Position numbers and translations under genes: made by a program
In this document: positions 58,197 to 64,000 of the stretch, one piece after another
How positions within the stretch are numbered: the first letter of the stretch is position 1
Layout: each line of letters begins with the position of its first letter
The notes under the pieces: generated by a model
What the model was told of the DNA's origin: nothing
Database searches by the model: none
Seen by the model: the letters and a program-made list of their open reading frames with translations, nothing else
Source: Strigamia acuminata
Taxonomy: Eukaryota
Direction: 5' to 3'
Assembly: GCA_949358305.1 (NCBI GenBank)
Contig: OX442314.1
Coordinates: 21,390,001 to 21,454,000 of the forward strand
Length of the DNA: 64,000 bases

Positions 58197-61102
58197 ATGG
58201 CCAACTTTTCCATATGGTTTATAGCGTGCATCTTAGTGGGTTTTGTTTCAAACGGTGAGTTACAAACTATTACTAAAATACATAGAACAAAATAATTCTT
58301 ATGATGTATTAGAAAATATATATACATTATAAATTAGATTCACACTCTCGATCTTTCGGAAAAGTTACTGCACCAGTTGATACTGGTTTCAGGCAGAGCA
58401 GTTATTTTAATGCTTGGCAAATTGTAAACAAAACTAACAACATGACCCAACCTATGCAAGGTAACTTTTAAAAATGTAGAAATAAATATAAAGTGGAACA
58501 CAATCGATTATTAATAATAATTCCTAACGTTTTTAAATTTCGTTTCACGCAAAAGAGACTTCCATATTTACCACCAATACTACTAACCAGGTACGCAGTG
58601 TTTACTACGTGCTTAAAGATTCCAGCGTTACTATTTCATTTTCGTACGCAATTTACCGAAAAAATTCACATTCCAAGACAAAATTAATACTTCAGCAAGA
58701 ATACGATAACGGAACAGTAAATAAGATATTTGAAAGTCATGAAACAAATGGAAAAATGCAAACAAAATTGATTTGCTGTCCTCATGCTCAAATACCATAC
58801 AGGGTAATTAAAGTTTAAGCTAGTATATAAGGAATTTAATAACAAGAAACAGTATTACACCTTGCGGTTCATTAACTTAAACAAAACATACCATAATTCA
58901 AAATACCGGTATTTCAGTTTGCTTTTTACGCTGAAGTAACAGAAAACGACCAAATTGATTTTGGCGAGATTGAAATGTTAAAAGTTCACGGTAAGAAAAA
59001 AAAAAACATCCTCTTGAAAAACAGAAATAACAGGATTAATTCGAATCAGGTTGTTTCCAAACATCAAGCACAGTCGAATGCAGTTTTGATGACCTTTGCG
59101 ACTGGACAATTGAAACCAAAGGAACAGAGTGGAAAATTGCAGGCAAAAACGATCCGACTGTAACCAAACCTGGTAAATATACATCAATATCAACATTGCA
59201 GTATAACAAATATTTATTTGTTTATAATATCTACATTTCCTCACAGTCAATGATCATAATGACAACTTTCTATCGCTAACTTACAACTCCAGCAATTCCC
59301 AACAACAAATCCAGTTGAGCGAAATCACAACAACAGCAATGTCCAATCATTCGTCCTATTTGCAAATATCATTTGCATATTTTATTCTCTCTTCAACAAC
59401 CTCTACACCCGGATTAAAATTAAAAATTACTCACCAAAACACTCACTGGATATTTGATTCTCGAAAAATGAGAACAGATACCCAGAATTGGAAAAATGAA
59501 ACTATTTGTACAAACGTTGACACCAAGGTCAAATAAGTTCCTAACACTCGTACAATATTACAAAATTTCCATAATAATAATCAAATAACCTAATTTTTAG
59601 AACATCTACACTGGCACCCAAGTTATCTTTCAAGGAGAGGTTCAAGAAGGAACTGCAATTGGTCTTGACAATGTTACAGTTGGAGAATGTCTTAACAGAT
59701 TAAGTCTCAAGTGTTCGTTTGACAATGATGTTTGTGGCTGGAGTATGGCTTCAACAAGTTATGATGCAGCGTGGGAAATAATAAGAGAATCGCCACACAT
59801 CTCACCAAGAAATCAAAGTACCTTAAATTAATATATTTGTTTTGTTGTGTATTTTAGTGTGCATTTTTTCTTCAGACAACCCGTTTCTTCGAATTAGTCC
59901 AAGCAACGAAACAAAACAATTTGCGCGACTTTCAAGTCCTTTATTACTTGCTTCGAATTTTCTTCATTTTATCATGTGGTATTTTGTAAATGATAACCAA
60001 AAAGAAAATAGCACGCTTAAAATTGGATTGTCGTCGTCTTCTGCGCCATTTTCTCTGCTGTGGAGCTACGAGCGACGTGAAAATGTTAATGCACAATGGA
60101 GAGAAATTAATTTAAACATCACAGATATTCGAGAAGATTCCAAAGTTAGCGATAAATTACTTTTTTAAGTTGGCTAACCTGTAATCATTTTTTTTTTACT
60201 TCAAGATTTTAATCAATGCCATGGTTCACCCAGGATCATATCTCGCGATTGACGATATTGATATTCTTTATGAAGGAAACAGGATTAATGATAAACCAAC
60301 AAGTACTAACTAATAAAAAGCAATTCTTCGATCAAACTGCCCACATACCGTATTACCCCGCTTTAAGCTGCATGCCGTCGGATATGGCTTTACCAGGATT
60401 TTGGAATTTCAGTTTATACCGGCAAAGTGAAACATGCCGGTACAAGTGAAAAAGCTGGTGAATAATTACTCTGTATTGTTAGCATTTGAGCCTGAAATCT
60501 GAGTTTTCTTAATTTTCTGAAAATTATTACTAAAAATTTGTATAGATTTAGGCAGATTTCCTACTGTTATGAACGGGCTTTTATCGTTTGTGAACGAAGT
60601 TCATTCTTCCATAAAATGTGACAAAAAACATGTTAATTTTTTTAAATAAATTCGAAAAGTGAACGTTCATGAACTTGGAAAAAATTAGATAAACGCGAAT
60701 GTGAACTTTGTAGGTCATGAACGCGAACTTGAGCGTGTTCATACTTTAGTGAACGAGAAACAACACAGAAAACAGGGTAATAGGAAGAGACATCCAAATA
60801 GCATGATAAAAATCAGGACCCTATAATGAAGCAGTAGGCAAACTTTCAGTTACTACAATTAATGAAAATTCAAATAAATATTTTCAGAAAGGATTGAAGA
60901 TGATGACACTACTTCAAAGAACATACTTTACACAAGTATCGCAGCAGATGACCAAACCGCAACAAAATTAATAAACAAAAGTATCACAGAGACGAGATAT
61001 CGTAAAGTATCTGGCAATGGAGAGAAAACGTTTCACATTTTACAAAAGGATTGTTTAATCCAACTAATAACTGCATTTTTCATTTTGTGCAACCTTAAGT
61101 AG
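58197..61102 (+). CDS. Secreted or GPI-anchored-like multi-MAM-domain protein (multi-exon; possible stop/frameshift near 60311)
   Basis: Signal peptide MANFSIWFIACILVGFVSN. MAM-like motifs ECSFDDLCDW, VIFQG..IGLDNV, CSFDNDVCGW, ARLSSP and LAIDDI across GT-AG exons. Putative last exon with a hydrophobic end (LIQLITAFFILC). Confidence 0.7.
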
Positions 61103-62640
61103 AATATTTGCTTGCATGTAAAGCAGTAAAGCAAATTCAATTAAGATTTTTAATATAAAAACTACTGCAACACAAATATATAAATAAAATAACATCTGAG
61201 TACGAAAAAAACCAATAATAATTGTATTTCACGCCCAATGGAAGTCAATTAGAGAAATTGTTGCCTATATACGGAAAACGGCTCTAAATCAACAGTAAAT
61301 GAAAATTTAGCCAAAAAAATGTGAGGAAAATATTCCCAAGAAAAACCCAGGACCAAAACCAAAGTTAATACCGTACACGCTACAAATAGTACGAGAACAC
61401 AACGACAAGACTTGTGTTTTTAGCACATCTACACAGACATCCAAGTTTTTTCCAAGAAGGGGTTCTTACGAAGCAACTGCGATTGGTATTGGCAATGTTA
61501 CATAAAGAATATCTTCAAATAAATTTGTTCTTTATCGAATCATGTGCGATGTCAATGTATTATGATTTTATCACCAGGTTAGGCAAAATTAGTCACCAAT
61601 CAAGTAGCTAAAAGTCCAATTTGGAGGTGGCAAATTGGTTAACCTCAGATATTTGGCTAAATATTCAATTATAATTTTTAATTGATGCAGTTATGATAAG
61701 TCAAAAAAATCACATTTTGAATTTTGAATAAATTGTACAATGTGTTAGTATTATTTTTACAAAATCAATTTCCAAATTTTGGCATGATGCGGGGAATTTG
61801 ACTTTTCATTCGCCACACCTGTGGCCAGGAGTAGACAAAAATAAAAATAATTCCGGCGCCAGTTTCTTTTTCTCAAGAGCCAGCATATCTATTTTGCAAA
61901 TACGAGCAAAGAAATTCAGACGCCAGGTAAACATTTTCAGGCGTCTTGGCGACCCAACACCCGGTATTTGTCCACCCCTGCCCGTGACCAGCTGACCGCC
62001 TTAAAAATAGGTTGCCCACTTCTTTTTCCCGAAAATCAAAACGATAATAATAGTAGAAATAATAATAATAATACGTACTCACTATTTGCGCAAAATGCAG
62101 TCCTCATCGTGATTCTATAAACAAACAAAAAAAACATAAATTTTCTCTTCTAAAAATTTCAATTCCAGTAATTATTACCACCGATATATTTTTTGTCAGG
62201 TAGTCTGCATAAAACTTACACGTCCTGCGATTAATAAAACTATAATGTGCCTTTGGTTTTTCCCTGTAACCAAACCCCGTTTCAAAGTACATCATTCGTC
62301 ACATCCGCATGTTTTACTACACAGAAGTCATTCATCGCATTGCCAGGTAAGAACCTAATCATTTCTATGTCAATATTAGAGCTACTGTATATTCAAAAAT
62401 TACTCCTCATTTTCAAATTGCTTCGCCAATGTGAACAAACAGTATTCATTGTTTCCGATAATTAAAATGGCCATGTTTATGATTAAAATAAAAATAAAAA
62501 AACAAGATGTGGGAAGCAAATGCAAAATGGGAAGTGGTTTCTCAATACCCCTATTCATTTGACGTTTATTAAAAACATTCCAGGAACCTAAATATTCTTA
62601 TCTATACTTTTTGAAACTCAAATGTTTATTCTAAACCTTT

Positions 62641-63056
62641 ATGGCTCGGTTTTCAATAAATCCACATCTGTTTCTCCTCTCATTTTGCATACGAGGTAAG
62701 TTTCAGTATCAAGTTTTGAATTTTCATTTAAATTTATCATTATTTTTTTTTTTTTTACATTTATTCAAGGTGTTTTAGCATCAAGTGATATCGTTTTGCT
62801 GTATTTACCACCAGTATCAGTATTTGCTTTATTTGGAATTGCTATAGCCTACGTAATATCTCAGATTTATTGCTCATCTTGTTGTAAAAAATCGCAAACT
62901 GATCTCGTGTGTCACGTGAACGCGACTGAAGAAGAATTTCAACTTGGAAACATTAATGAAACGTTATTAATAAACATACCACTCAATGCTAGCGATTCGG
63001 TGCAACCGGGGTACACACCACCACCGTCGTACCAATTTCTATTCCTGAATAAATGA
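62641..63056 (+). CDS. Type I TM PY microprotein (exons 62641-62695, ~62770-63056)
   Basis: Leader MARFSINPHLFLLSFCIR|GVLA across an in-frame phase-1 intron. TM followed by CSSCCKK; tail PPPSYQFLF. Confidence 0.8.
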
Positions 63057-63219
63057 TTGACAGTTAAATTATTACAAAGTCTGTTCGTCATTGCTGTTTC
63101 TCTTGTGCCAAGCAAAATTCAGGTGTAAGAAAATTTTCAAATCGCGAACAAATAGTTAAAAATGTTAAACCCAAATTTTCCGAGTTTGCTATGAGTTCAA
63201 TTGCCGAAATTTAAATATA

Positions 63220-63388
63220 CCGTCGAAACTCTTTATAGCATATCGCGATATAACGAATTATCGTTATAACGAATGCCTAAAAATGGCCGGTTTGGTTGGC
63301 CTTGTTAAAAATTTCGATATAACGAATTCTCGTTAAAATGAATCGATTTTTCGGGTCCCTTGCAATTCGTTATAAAGATTTTCGACTG
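63220..63388. mobile_element. Tc1/pogo-like MITE
   Basis: CCGTCGAAACTCTTTATA / TATAAAGATTTTCGACTG with TA flanks. Confidence 0.75.
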
Positions 63389-64000
63389 TATACTTATAAA
63401 AAAAATCAAACATTAATCTTAACTACACCAAAAAATATTTATCTCTCCTATCGTTCGGCTATGGATACCAAGAAAATTACCAAGCAACAAATAAGTAACG
63501 AAAGAATTAGTTTGGTAAAGAAAATCAATCACTGCAACCAACCACCCATTCAAGTTAATGACGTGACAGGATGGACAACTGTGCACACGAACAGGATATA
63601 ATTGTCACCATTTATTTTTATTTTAGCTGGATTTTTCCCATGTCTACGAAACACATTTCTAAGAATGACTTTTTAGTTCCCGACCCTTTCCACCTTTATT
63701 AAAACCATATCACATTTCTAAATACTGTTACACCAGAACTCAAGGCAGCTTGAGGTAAAGCTAATTGGATATTCTTCACTTTCAACACATGTATGGCTCA
63801 GTTATTTCTGTATTTGTGTTACATTTTGTCACTTTACATTACAGGTAAGTTGATAATGTGGAAATGCAGTTTTGATTTATGTAGTGTTAATGAGTTGAAC
63901 TTTTAATTGACATTAGAAGTTTCGGCGTCAAATGATGTTTGGATTTGGGCGCCAGCAATGGGATATGTGTTTTTTGGTGTAATAGTAGTTTATGCCATTG

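Overview
AT-rich eukaryotic genomic DNA with short GT-AG introns, probably from an invertebrate (ionotropic-receptor genes suggest a protostome). The main feature is a tandem array of about 30 small genes and pseudogenes. They encode highly diverged single-pass membrane microproteins with a tiny or absent ectodomain, one TM helix, a Cys/basic juxtamembrane cluster and a Pro-rich tail usually ending in PPxYxxL(FP); several also carry P(S/T)AP. They resemble WBP1/VOPP1/Shisa-like NEDD4 adaptors without the Cys-rich ectodomain. One member is split by a 6.9-kb non-autonomous 'Pack'-type DNA transposon (10224-17155, 8-bp TSD AAGGATCG, inverted arms built of tandem repeats). Its cargo is intron-containing, decayed copies of GTF3C2 (3' part), AAR2 and the last exon of ICMT. 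The right half is made of tandem segmental duplications carrying two divergent ionotropic receptor genes and a multi-MAM-domain gene plus a truncated copy. It also holds an intact Ty3/Gypsy element with identical LTRs nested in a Copia relic, hAT and Tc1/mariner remnants, and many MITEs. Gene models were assembled by eye, so boundaries marked approximate need checking.
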